DNA of 52,808 nucleotides, from contig CAZICW010000005.1 in NCBI GenBank assembly GCA_964537995.1, positions 1 to 52,808 of the forward strand. Direction: 5' to 3'. Of this stretch, positions 38,985 through 50,099 are shown in pieces. The position numbers and the translations under genes are program-made. The notes under the pieces are model-generated. The model was not told where the DNA came from. It searched no databases and saw only the letters and a list, made by a program, of their open reading frames with translations. This DNA is from an uncultured Oscillospiraceae bacterium. GTDB lineage: Bacteria; Bacillota; Clostridia; UMGS1883. Each line of letters opens with the position of its first letter. The first letter of the stretch is position 1.

Positions 38985-40301
38985 ATGGGAGAGCTTGCAA
39001 TGGGAGAGGAAGAAAAGAGATTTCACAGTGTGACCCTTAACAAAGCGATGTGCAAGGGCTGCACCACCTGTATACGCCACTGTCCGACTCAGGCGATACG
39101 GGTTCAGCAGGGGAAAGCCAAAATAATAAGCGAGCGCTGTATCGACTGCGGAGAATGTATCCGCCGCTGTCAGTACCACGCGAAACAGGCTATAACCGAC
39201 GGCTTTGAGCTGTTGGGGAATTACAAATATAACATAGCTTTGCCGGCTCCGGCATTCTGCGGTCAGTTTTCCAAGGCGGACGATTTTGACATAGTGCTGA
39301 CAGGGCTTAAAATGCTTGGCTTCGACCATGTTTTCGAGGTTGCGCGCGGCGCTGAGGTCATAACCGCCAAAATGAGGGAGCTTATAGATAACGGGAAGCT
39401 GAAAAAGCCGGTCATTTCTTCGGCCTGTCCCGCAACGGTGCGGCTGATAGCCGTGAAATATCACGACCTTACGGATCATGTGGCTCCGCTGACCTCCCCG
39501 ATGGAGGCGGCGGCGGAAATGGCGCGGAAGGAAGCCCGCGAAAAAACCGGACTTCCCGACGAGGATATAGGCGTGTTTTTCATAACGCCCTGTCCCGCGA
39601 AGGTCACGGCAATAAAGCGCCCGATTGCGCTGGAGCGCTCCAACATCAACGGCGCGATTTCCATAAAGGACGTATATATGCGGCTGGCGCACAGTATAGA
39701 CAAAATAACAAAGGTCGAGCATTTGTGCGAGGCGGGAATGAGCGGCGTCCGCTGGGCGAATCACGGCGGAGAAGCCAACGCTCTCGGGCTGGAACGCTAC
39801 ATTGCCGTTGACGGAATCGCAAATGTAATCGAAGTGCTTGAGCAGCTTGAGGACGAAAAAATAAAGGGCATAGATTTCATCGAAACTCTTGCCTGCACCG
39901 GCGGCTGCGTCGGCGGCTGTCTTACGGTCGAAAACAATTTTGTGGCAAATTCGCGCATAAGGCGAATTTCAAGCGGTCTTGAGGATAAAAAGGGCAAGGT
40001 CGAGGACTATATGCATCTGTTCTGGAACAAAAAAATCGACTATAAGCCCTTTACGCCTCTGGACGATAATCTCAGCATAGCCATGCAGAAGGCTATACGA
40101 ATGAATGAAATTTTCGAGGGGCTGCCTCAGCTTGACTGCGGCTCCTGCGGCGCGCCGACCTGCCGCGAGCTGGCGGAGGACATTGTGCGCGGCAAAGCAA
40201 ACGAAACCGACTGCATATTCAAGCTGCGGGAAAGAGTGAGCGAGCTTGCCCGCGAAATGGCGGATTTGGAAAGCAAGCTTCCTCCGTCCATGAACAATTA
40301 G
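38985..40301 (+). CDS. Atypical (putative sensory, group C/D-like) [FeFe]-hydrogenase with 2[4Fe-4S] and C-terminal FeS domain
   Basis: CKGCTTC..CP / CIDCGEC..C; variant H-cluster motifs ISSACP, ITPCPAKVTA, ETLACTGGCVGG; LPQLDCGSCGAPTC..C. Confidence 0.85.
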   Translation: MGELAMGEEEKRFHSVTLNKAMCKGCTTCIRHCPTQAIRVQQGKAKIISERCIDCGECIRRCQYHAKQAITDGFELLGNYKYNIALPAPAFCGQFSKADDFDIVLTGLKMLGFDHVFEVARGAEVITAKMRELIDNGKLKKPVISSACPATVRLIAVKYHDLTDHVAPLTSPMEAAAEMARKEAREKTGLPDEDIGVFFITPCPAKVTAIKRPIALERSNINGAISIKDVYMRLAHSIDKITKVEHLCEAGMSGVRWANHGGEANALGLERYIAVDGIANVIEVLEQLEDEKIKGIDFIETLACTGGCVGGCLTVENNFVANSRIRRISSGLEDKKGKVEDYMHLFWNKKIDYKPFTPLDDNLSIAMQKAIRMNEIFEGLPQLDCGSCGAPTCRELAEDIVRGKANETDCIFKLRERVSELAREMADLESKLPPSMNN

Positions 40302-40327
40302 GAATCGGAAATGAGGAATGAAAAATT

Positions 40328-40657
40328 ATGACGGTAAACGATATAGCCGAGAAGCTCTGTTTGGTTTTAAAATGCGGTAAGGACGGAATTGACCGCGAAG
40401 TGACGGGCGGCTACGTCGGAGATTTGCTCAGCCTGGTTATGGGGAAGGCTCAGAGCGGGAACGCATGGGTCACAATCCAGACAAACATAAACATTGTTGC
40501 CGTCGCCAGTCTGACGGACGCGGCGATGATAATTCTCGCCGAGGGGCTTTCTCCCGACGGAAATACCGCGAAAAGAGCCGACATGGAGGGGATTCCGATA
40601 TACAGCAGCGAAAAAACGGCCTTTGAGCTTGTGTGCGGTTTGAAGGATTTGGTGTAA
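40328..40657 (+). CDS. DRTGG-domain protein
   Basis: GGYVGDLLSLVM, AWVTIQ, NIVAVA. Confidence 0.8.
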   Translation: MTVNDIAEKLCLVLKCGKDGIDREVTGGYVGDLLSLVMGKAQSGNAWVTIQTNINIVAVASLTDAAMIILAEGLSPDGNTAKRADMEGIPIYSSEKTAFELVCGLKDLV

Positions 40658-40658
40658 T

Positions 40659-41366
40659 ATGGAAAGGCTCGCTTATGACCTGCATATGCACTCCTGCCTT
40701 TCCCCCTGCGGAGATGACGACATGACGCCTCACAGCATTGCGGCAATGGCAATGCTTAACGGTCTTGACATAATCGCGCTTTCCGACCATAACACGGCGA
40801 AAAACGTCCCCGCCGTGGTTGAGGCGGCAAAGGAATGGGGGCTGACGGTGGTGCCGGCAATTGAAGCCGAAAGCGCCGAGGAGGTGCATTTGCTCTGCCT
40901 TTTCCCCGACGTCGCGGCGGCGCTGGATATGGGCGAAATTTTGGAGGCCCATCTTCCGCCGATAAAAAACCGCCCCGAAATTTTCGGCGAACAGAGGATT
41001 ATGAACAGCGTTGACGAGCAAATCGGGACAATCGAGAAGCTTCTGATAAACGCGACCGACCTTCCGATAGAAAAAATAAAGCTGCTGACGGAGGAGCGCG
41101 GCGGCGTCTGCATCCCCGCGCACATTGACCGTTCGAGCAACAGTATTCTCTCCAATTTGGGCTTTATTCCCGAGGAGCTGGAATTTTCCACGCTGGAGCT
41201 TTCAAAGCGGGCTTCTCCCGATATGGCGGCCGACGAAAGGTACCGATACATATATAACAGCGACGCTCACTATTTGACGGATATTTCCGAAGCCGTGCGC
41301 CGTCTGACATTAAACGACAAAAGCGTAAGCTCCGTTCTGGAGCTTCTGAAACGGAAAAAAATATAA
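40659..41366 (+). CDS. PHP-family metallophosphoesterase
   Basis: DLHMHS, SDHN, EEVHL, PAHIDR, NSDAH. Confidence 0.9.
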   Translation: MERLAYDLHMHSCLSPCGDDDMTPHSIAAMAMLNGLDIIALSDHNTAKNVPAVVEAAKEWGLTVVPAIEAESAEEVHLLCLFPDVAAALDMGEILEAHLPPIKNRPEIFGEQRIMNSVDEQIGTIEKLLINATDLPIEKIKLLTEERGGVCIPAHIDRSSNSILSNLGFIPEELEFSTLELSKRASPDMAADERYRYIYNSDAHYLTDISEAVRRLTLNDKSVSSVLELLKRKKI

Positions 41367-41413
41367 AAATTTTAATGCAAATTGTAAATTTTTCGGAAAA
41401 TTGATTGTTAGTA

Positions 41414-41481
41414 TAGACAAACCGAATAAAAATTGATATAATTAAAAATGTTGTAAACGAGCTTATTGGAGTTTCCAATAA
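41414..41481 (+). promoter_or_regulatory. Internal sigmaA promoter and palindrome upstream of hydC
   Basis: TAGACA(41414)-17nt-TATAAT(41437) with TGn; TTATTGGA-gtt-TCCAATAA at 41463-41481. Confidence 0.6.
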
Positions 41482-41500
41482 AATATAAGGAGGTAATAGA

Positions 41501-41989
41501 ATGGGCAAACAGTCAACCGTACCGTTCAAGGGTACCGCCGAGCAGGAGGCTCAGCTTCTTGAGGTAATCGAGAAGCACAAGAATACCCGCGGCGCATTAA
41601 TTTCCGTTCTGCATGAGGCGCAGGACATCTACGGCTATCTTCCGATTGAGGTTCAGTCAATTATAGCAAAGGGGCTTGATGTAACCCTTGCCGAGGTGTA
41701 CGGCGTTGTTACGTTTTACACGCAGTTTTCGCTTAACCCCAAGGGAGAATACAAAATTTCCGTTTGTCTGGGAACGGCGTGCTATGTTAAGGGCAGCGGC
41801 GATATTATAAACAAGATTAAGGATATAATCGGGATTGACGTTGACGAATGTACTCCCGACGGGAAGTATTCTCTCACGGCAACGCGCTGCATCGGCGCCT
41901 GCGGTCTTGCCCCCGTTATGACGGTCAATGACGACGTATACGGCCGTCTTGTTCCGGACGATGTCGCCGGAATACTTGCAAAATACTGA
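41501..41989 (+). CDS. NuoE-like [2Fe-2S] subunit of bifurcating hydrogenase (HydC/HndA)
   Basis: VVTFYTQF, VCLGTACYVKG, RCIGACGLAP. Confidence 0.93.
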   Translation: MGKQSTVPFKGTAEQEAQLLEVIEKHKNTRGALISVLHEAQDIYGYLPIEVQSIIAKGLDVTLAEVYGVVTFYTQFSLNPKGEYKISVCLGTACYVKGSGDIINKIKDIIGIDVDECTPDGKYSLTATRCIGACGLAPVMTVNDDVYGRLVPDDVAGILAKY

Positions 41990-41991
41990 TT

Positions 41992-42543
41992 ATGCAGGAA
42001 ATCAGTCTGAATATTTTGGATATTGTTCAAAATTCGGTTCGTGCCGGAGCGAAAAACATCACAGTCGAGGTATACGAAAATACGGACGAGGATGTTTTGT
42101 GGTTTTCCGTAAAGGACGACGGCTGCGGAATGGACAAGGAAATGGTCGAAAGGGTTATGGATCCTTTTGTGACTACCCGCACCACAAGAAAAGTGGGTAT
42201 GGGGATTTCCCTTTTGCGCAGCGCGGCGCAGGCGGCGGGCGGAGATGCGGAGCTTTGCTCCGAGGTCGGAAAGGGAACCTTTATAAAAGCCTCCTTTGTC
42301 CACAGTCATATTGACCGCCAGCCGCTCGGAAACATGGCGGATACAATGACGGCGCTCATATCCATGAATGAAGCTATTGACTTTGAATATATTCATTCAT
42401 TCAATAATAACAGATTTGAACTCAAAACAAAAGAGCTAAAGGAAATTCTCGGCGAGGTGCCGTTGAGCGACCCAACAGTCGCGGCATGGCTGAGAGAATA
42501 TATCGGCGAAGGTATTTCTAATATTTACGGAGGTGCAGAATAA
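41992..42543 (+). CDS. Stand-alone HATPase_c (kinase-like) protein
   Basis: LDIVQNS, DDGCGM, DPFVTTR, GMGI, GKGT, HIDRQPLG; no HisKA/H-box. Confidence 0.85.
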   Translation: MQEISLNILDIVQNSVRAGAKNITVEVYENTDEDVLWFSVKDDGCGMDKEMVERVMDPFVTTRTTRKVGMGISLLRSAAQAAGGDAELCSEVGKGTFIKASFVHSHIDRQPLGNMADTMTALISMNEAIDFEYIHSFNNNRFELKTKELKEILGEVPLSDPTVAAWLREYIGEGISNIYGGAE

Positions 42544-42545
42544 TA

Positions 42546-42917
42546 ATGAAAAGCTTAGCGGAGCTTCAGGCTTTGAAGGCAAAGGCGATTGAAAACGTCA
42601 ATCTCAGGAAGGAGCGCGAAAACGGCACGAGAATCGTTGTCGGCATGGCAACCTGCGGTATTGCGGCGGGAGCTCGTCCCGTTATGACGGCTTTTCTTGA
42701 GGAAATCGGAAAAAGAAAGCTCAGCGATGTGGTTGTCGAACAGACCGGCTGCATAGGACTTTGCCGTCTTGAACCCATTGTTGAGGTATACGCTCCCGGA
42801 CAGGATAAGGTCACCTACATAAAGATGACCCCCGAAAAGGTTGCGAGGGTTGTTTCCGAGCATATCGTAAACGGTCAGGTTGTTTCCGAGTATACAATCG
42901 GCTCGGCAGGAATGTGA
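42546..42917 (+). CDS. Thioredoxin-like [2Fe-2S] ferredoxin subunit (HydD/HndB)
   Basis: VGMATCGIAAGA, TGCIGLCRLEP. Confidence 0.9.
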   Translation: MKSLAELQALKAKAIENVNLRKERENGTRIVVGMATCGIAAGARPVMTAFLEEIGKRKLSDVVVEQTGCIGLCRLEPIVEVYAPGQDKVTYIKMTPEKVARVVSEHIVNGQVVSEYTIGSAGM

Positions 42918-42932
42918 GAGGAGGTAAATTAA

Positions 42933-44726
<1,794 letters not shown>

Positions 44727-44743
44727 GAAAGGAGCTGCTTGAA

Positions 44744-46486
44744 ATGGATATGGTTAATTTAAAGATAAACGGACAGGACGTTTCCGTCCCCGCAGGAACC
44801 ACGGTGCTTGAAGCCGCAAGGTCTGTCGGAATCGAGATTCCCTCCCTTTGCTACCTTAAAGACGTAAGTCAAACCGGCTCGTGCAGAATGTGTCTGGTTG
44901 AAATCAAGGGCGCTCGCGCTCTTCAGGCGGCGTGCGTATACCCCGTTGCCGAGGGCATTGAGGTCAGAACCAACACTCCCGCGGTGCGCGCGGCGCGCAA
45001 GTCTGTGCTGGAGCTTATGCTCAGCAACCACGACCGCAAATGCCTTACCTGCATCCGCAACCGCAACTGCGAGCTTCAGGCTCTTTCCGAAGAGCTTGGC
45101 GTATCCGACATCCCCTATGAGGGCGTCAGAAACGAGTATGAAATTGACGATATTTCTCCCTCGATTGTGCGCGACAATAACAAGTGCGTGCTTTGCCGCC
45201 GCTGTGTAAATATGTGCAAAAAAATTCAAACCGTAGGCGTAATCGACACGATGGAGCGCGGCTTTAAGACAAAGGTCGGCTGCGCGTTTGACGCGAGCCT
45301 CGGTGAGGTTGACTGCGTAAACTGCGGTCAGTGTATTGCCGTATGTCCCGTCGGCGCGCTGCGTGAAAAGGATTCAACGAAGATTGTATGGGACGCTATA
45401 GCGTCCGACAAGCACGTTGTGGTTCAGACAGCTCCCGCCGTCCGCGCCGCTCTGGGCGAGGAATTCGGTATGGTAGGCGAATGCACAACGGGCAAAATGG
45501 CCGCCGCTCTGCGCAGAATGGGCTTCGACAAGGTTTTTGACACCGATTTCGGCGCCGACCTCACAATAATGGAGGAAGGAACCGAGCTTCTTGACAGAAT
45601 CCAAAACGGCGGCGTTCTGCCGATGATAACTTCGTGCAGTCCCGGCTGGGTCAAATTCTGCGAACACAACTTCCCCGATTTCATTGATAATCTCAGCTCC
45701 TGCAAATCGCCCCACGAAATGTTCGGCGCGATAATCAAGAGCTATTACGCGAAGCATTCCGGCATAGATCCCAAGGATATTTTCGTTGTTTCCGTAATGC
45801 CCTGCACAGCCAAGAAGTTTGAAGCCAAGCGCGACGAGCTTGCCGCTACGGGCTATCCCGACGTTGACGCGGTTATAACAACCCGCGAGCTTGCAAAAAT
45901 GATAAAGCAGAGCGGCATACAGTATGATAAGCTGCCGGATGAGGTATTTGATTCTCCCTTCGGCGACGAAGCTTCCGGCGCGGGCGTAATTTTCGGTGTA
46001 ACCGGCGGCGTTATGGAAGCGGCGCTGCGTACCGTTGCGGAGAAAATCAGCGGCAAACCGCTTGAAAAGGTCGAGTTTGAAGCCGTTCGCGGTCTTGAAG
46101 GGGTCAAGTTTGCTTCAGTGCCTGCGGGCGACAAGGTCATTCGGGCGGCCATTGCCCATGGGCTTGGCAATGCAAGGAAGCTGCTTAACAGCGTAAGAGA
46201 AGGCAAAACGCAGGTTGACTTCATTGAGATCATGGCTTGCCCCGGCGGCTGCGTAACCGGCGGCGGACAGCCCATCGTTCCCTCAAGAGTTAAGATGGAC
46301 GTCAATGTTTCGAGTATGCGCGCGAAGGCCATCTACGCCGAGGACGAAAGCCTTATCGTTCGCAAGAGCCACGAAAACCCCTATATTCAGAAGGTTTATT
46401 CCGAATATATCGGCGAGCCCGGCGGTCACAGAGCGCACGAGCTGCTTCATACGCACTATATCGCAAGACCAAAATACGAGTGCTGA
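44744..46486 (+). CDS. hydA: [FeFe]-hydrogenase catalytic subunit, group A (HydA/HndD)
   Basis: [2Fe-2S], His-ligated and 2[4Fe-4S] motifs; P1 TSCSPGW, P2 MPCTAKKFE, P3 EIMACPGGCVTGGGQP; LLHTHY. Confidence 0.95.
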   Translation: MDMVNLKINGQDVSVPAGTTVLEAARSVGIEIPSLCYLKDVSQTGSCRMCLVEIKGARALQAACVYPVAEGIEVRTNTPAVRAARKSVLELMLSNHDRKCLTCIRNRNCELQALSEELGVSDIPYEGVRNEYEIDDISPSIVRDNNKCVLCRRCVNMCKKIQTVGVIDTMERGFKTKVGCAFDASLGEVDCVNCGQCIAVCPVGALREKDSTKIVWDAIASDKHVVVQTAPAVRAALGEEFGMVGECTTGKMAAALRRMGFDKVFDTDFGADLTIMEEGTELLDRIQNGGVLPMITSCSPGWVKFCEHNFPDFIDNLSSCKSPHEMFGAIIKSYYAKHSGIDPKDIFVVSVMPCTAKKFEAKRDELAATGYPDVDAVITTRELAKMIKQSGIQYDKLPDEVFDSPFGDEASGAGVIFGVTGGVMEAALRTVAEKISGKPLEKVEFEAVRGLEGVKFASVPAGDKVIRAAIAHGLGNARKLLNSVREGKTQVDFIEIMACPGGCVTGGGQPIVPSRVKMDVNVSSMRAKAIYAEDESLIVRKSHENPYIQKVYSEYIGEPGGHRAHELLHTHYIARPKYEC

Positions 46487-46501
46487 ACTAAATAAACGGA
46501 C

Positions 46502-46547
46502 AGGGCTGCGGCAAAACGGTTTCTCAACCGATTGCCGCAGCCCTTTA
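46502..46547 (+). terminator. Terminator after the hydrogenase operon
   Basis: AGGGCTGCGGCAA...TTGCCGCAGCCCT-TT. Confidence 0.75.
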
Positions 46548-46598
46548 TACTCTTGCGTTATTAAGCCGGCTCCTTCTTCCGTTTGCGATTTTGATTTC

Positions 46599-47312
46599 TC
46601 AGCAGCGCGGCTTTATCAAATCCTTTACAACCTCACCGGCGATTATCAGCCCCGCGACAGAAGGAACGAAAGCGACGCTTCCCGGAAGAGCGCGTTTGCC
46701 CGCGGGCGGCTGTTCACCGCACGGAAAAGGGGTCAGCGGCGGTTCCTTTGAGTAAACCACCTTTAATTTCTTTATTCCGCGTTTTTTCAATTCGCGCCGC
46801 ATGACCTTAGCCAACGGGCAGACGGAGGTTTCATATATGTCAGCGACCTCAAAATCCGCCGGATTCAGCTTGTTTCCCGCGCCCATAGCGCTTATTATCG
46901 GTATCCCCTCCGCGGCGGCTCTTTCAACAAGAGTTAGCTTTGCCGTCACAGTGTCAACCGCGTCGATTATGTAGTCAATTCCGTCGAAATCAAAGCCGCA
47001 ATCGGCGGAAAAGAACAGTCTGCGGGCGTGAATTTCCGCGTCGGGATTTATTTCCGCCGCGCGAAGCGCCGCAACGTCCGCCTTATATTGTCCGACGGTT
47101 TTCTGTGTGGCGTAAATCTGACGGTTTATATTCGTAAGCGAAATTCTGTCATCGTCAATAAGCTCCAGCGCGCCCACTCCGCTGCGCGCAAGGGCTTCCG
47201 CCGCATAGCCGCCGACTCCGCCAAGTCCGAAAACAGCGACACGCGAATTTTTAAGCCGCAGCATGGCTTCCGCGCCGAGCAGCATTTCCGTGCGGGAAAA
47301 TCGGTCTGGCAT
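46599..47312 (-). CDS. tcdA: tRNA threonylcarbamoyladenosine dehydratase (ThiF family)
   Basis: GLGGVG, TNINRQ, DAVD, SAMGAGNK, CPLAKVMRRELK, VVYSKE. Confidence 0.88.
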   Translation of the reverse strand: MPDRFSRTEMLLGAEAMLRLKNSRVAVFGLGGVGGYAAEALARSGVGALELIDDDRISLTNINRQIYATQKTVGQYKADVAALRAAEINPDAEIHARRLFFSADCGFDFDGIDYIIDAVDTVTAKLTLVERAAAEGIPIISAMGAGNKLNPADFEVADIYETSVCPLAKVMRRELKKRGIKKLKVVYSKEPPLTPFPCGEQPPAGKRALPGSVAFVPSVAGLIIAGEVVKDLIKPRC

Positions 47313-47321
47313 GGCAACCTC

Positions 47322-47894
47322 CTAAAAGCTCTCACATTCGGCTTCGCAGCTTCTCATGGCGAGAATTGTCCGGCTGATAAGCTCGTCAAGCTCCCAGCCA
47401 AGCATTTGTGCGCCGCGCGAAATTACCTCGCGGGAGCAGCCTGCCGCAAAGTTTGCGGATTTATATTTTTTCTTCACGGATTTCAGCTCCAAATCGGATA
47501 CGCTTTTCGACGGACGCATAATTGCGACCGCGCCGATAAGCCCCGTAAGCTCGTCCGTGGCGTAAAGCACCTTTTCCATTTCATGCTCGGGCGCAATGTC
47601 CACCGTCAGCATATAGCCGTGGCTCGCGACGGCATGGATAAGCTCCTCGGAGGCTCCTCGCTCGCGCAGGATTTCCTGTTCCTTTATGCAATGCTCGTTC
47701 GGATAAAGCTCAAAATCAAGGTCGTGCAGCAGTCCGACTATCCCCCAGAACTCCCCGTCGGCTTCATAGCCGAGTTCCTTCGCGAAATATCGCATAACCC
47801 CCTCAACCGTCAACGCGTGCTTCAGATGAAAGTGATCCTTGTTAAATTCGTTCAGAAGCTCCCATGCTTGCTCCCGCGTGAAATTTGCGTTCAT
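47322..47894 (-). CDS. HD-domain hydrolase
   Basis: LKHALTVE, GLLHDLD, ASHG, ATDEL; perfect TTGACA-17-TATAAT at 47971-47943 on the minus strand; exact start uncertain. Confidence 0.85.
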   Translation of the reverse strand: MNANFTREQAWELLNEFNKDHFHLKHALTVEGVMRYFAKELGYEADGEFWGIVGLLHDLDFELYPNEHCIKEQEILRERGASEELIHAVASHGYMLTVDIAPEHEMEKVLYATDELTGLIGAVAIMRPSKSVSDLELKSVKKKYKSANFAAGCSREVISRGAQMLGWELDELISRTILAMRSCEAECESF

Positions 47895-48054
47895 ATTTCT
47901 CATACCCTTCAATTTTATTGCTTTATTACGGCGTTTGTCTTAATTATATACTTTACGGCAAGGCTTGTCAACCGAAAAAATTTAAATTTTGGCTTGATTT
48001 TCCGCCGCCGCTGTGCTACAATAAAAACGACGGTATACTTAGGAGGAAATATTT

Positions 48055-49353
48055 ATGTTCGTATCGGAAGCGCTCGGCGTCAACGAAAAGAATCATCTCA
48101 CAATCGGCGGCTGCGACGCCGTTGAACTGGCGAAAAGGTACGCTACTCCGCTCTATGTGCTTGACGAGACGGCCGTGCGCCGTAATTGCGGAACATATAA
48201 AAATTCCATTGACAAATTTTACGGCGGGAACGGGCTGGTGTTTTATGCGTCCAAGGCTCTGTGCAGCCTCGAAATGATAAGAATCGTAAACAGCGAGGGT
48301 CTGGGCGCGGACGTGGTCTCCGGCGGCGAGCTTTACACCGCTCTCAAGGCGGGTATGCCCGCGGAAAAGCTCTGTATGCACGGGAACAACAAAACTCATG
48401 ACGAGCTTGTTTACGCGATTGAAAGCGGCGTGGGAAGAATTGCTGTTGACAACAAAGCCGAGCTTGACGCAATAGACGCAATCTGCCGCGCGAAGAACGT
48501 CAAACAAAAGGTTTTATTCAGAATAAAGCCGGGTATTGACGCTCATACTCATAATTTCATAAGAACAGGTCAGATTGACTCAAAATTCGGTTTTGCTCTT
48601 GAGACGGGCGAAGCTCATGAAATAATCCGCCGTGCGCTGAAGCTCCCGAATATAGAGGTCGGCGGACTGCATTGCCACATCGGCTCCCAGATTCACGAGC
48701 TTGAGCCGTTCAAGGAAGCGGCAAGGCTCCTCGTGGGATTGATTGCGGACATAAAGAACGAAACGGGCTGCGAAATGAAGGAAATCAATCTCGGCGGCGG
48801 CTACGGCGTTATGTATACCGAGGATGACGATCCTATAGAATTTGACAAATATATCGAAGCTGTGAGCGCGGTACTCCGCTCCGCCTGCGAAGAAAAGGGA
48901 GTAGCTCTTCCGTTTGTTATGATGGAGCCGGGCAGAAGCATTGTCGCCGAAGCCGGAATAACGCTTTACACCGTCGGCGGAATCAAGGATATACCGAATG
49001 TCCGCCGCTATGTCAGCATTGACGGCGGAATGTGCGATAATCCGCGCTATATCCTTTATCGGTCGGCATATAAGGCTCTGATTGCCAACAAAGCGGGCGA
49101 CGAGCCGACGAAGCCCGTCACCTTGGCGGGGAAATGCTGCGAAAGCGGCGACCTGATCGGCGAGAATATGCCTCTTCCTCCCGTTGAAATCGGCGATATA
49201 ATTGCCGTTTTGACGACGGGAGCCTATAATTATTCTATGTCCTCAAACTATAACCGCATCCCGCGTCCCGCTATTGTAATGACACGGAACGGGGAAAGCA
49301 GACTTGTCGTAAAGCGTGAAACCTATGAGGATTTGGTTAGGAACGACATCTGA
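48055..49353 (+). CDS. lysA: Diaminopimelate decarboxylase
   Basis: TPLYV, YASKA, HCHIGSQ, EPGRS, CESGD, GAY..SMSSNYN. Confidence 0.96.
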   Translation: MFVSEALGVNEKNHLTIGGCDAVELAKRYATPLYVLDETAVRRNCGTYKNSIDKFYGGNGLVFYASKALCSLEMIRIVNSEGLGADVVSGGELYTALKAGMPAEKLCMHGNNKTHDELVYAIESGVGRIAVDNKAELDAIDAICRAKNVKQKVLFRIKPGIDAHTHNFIRTGQIDSKFGFALETGEAHEIIRRALKLPNIEVGGLHCHIGSQIHELEPFKEAARLLVGLIADIKNETGCEMKEINLGGGYGVMYTEDDDPIEFDKYIEAVSAVLRSACEEKGVALPFVMMEPGRSIVAEAGITLYTVGGIKDIPNVRRYVSIDGGMCDNPRYILYRSAYKALIANKAGDEPTKPVTLAGKCCESGDLIGENMPLPPVEIGDIIAVLTTGAYNYSMSSNYNRIPRPAIVMTRNGESRLVVKRETYEDLVRNDI

Positions 49354-49412
49354 GGCTGCCCGCAATAAGGAAACGGAAAAAGGAAACGGAAATCTGAAAT
49401 GAGGAATGAAGA

Positions 49413-50099
49413 ATGCTGTCGTTTCTGCGAAATTTAAATCTTTTGGAAATCGTTTTGCGCTTTGCCGCACTGTTTCTGGTAATTTCCGTCCATGAGTTTT
49501 CCCACGGCTTTGTCGCCTATAAAATGGGCGACCCGACCGCGAAAAATGCCGGACGGCTGACGCTGAATCCTCTCAAGCACCTCGATCCTCTCGGCGCGCT
49601 TTGTATGCTTCTGTTCCGCTTCGGCTGGGCAAAGCCCGTGCCGATAAATCCGCTCTATTTCCGAGACCGTAAAAAGGGGACTGTGCTGGTTTCGCTTGCG
49701 GGGCCGGCGTCAAACGTGGTCTTTGCCTTTGTGTGCGGACTTGTCGTGGCGTTTATGTATATTCTGATGAATACCTTTATGGGAATGACAGGGAAATTAA
49801 TTTACGGAGCAATCAACATTATTGCGCAATTTTTCCAAGTGTGCGCGATTATGAACATATCCTTCGCTATTTTTAACCTTATTCCCATACCTCCGCTTGA
49901 CGGCGGCAAGGTTTTGGGCGTGTTTCTCCCATCGGATGCTTATATGAAAATGCTGCGGTACGAACGCTATGTATTTCCTTTGCTGCTGATACTTTCCTTT
50001 ACGGGAATTTTGAGCCGCATTGTGAATCTGTTCTTTTATCCTGTTTATTCCCTTTGGGCAAATATGGTAAACTTTATTATCGGACTGGTGTGCGGATGA
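49413..50099 (+). CDS. Site-2 protease family (M50) protein
   Basis: HEFSH, AGPASN, FNLIPIPPLDGG. Confidence 0.92.
   Translation: MLSFLRNLNLLEIVLRFAALFLVISVHEFSHGFVAYKMGDPTAKNAGRLTLNPLKHLDPLGALCMLLFRFGWAKPVPINPLYFRDRKKGTVLVSLAGPASNVVFAFVCGLVVAFMYILMNTFMGMTGKLIYGAINIIAQFFQVCAIMNISFAIFNLIPIPPLDGGKVLGVFLPSDAYMKMLRYERYVFPLLLILSFTGILSRIVNLFFYPVYSLWANMVNFIIGLVCG

Noticed and set aside
47972-48054. Lysine riboswitch before lysA
   Set aside because: The TTGATT-17-TACAAT promoter lies only ~30 nt from the start, leaving no room
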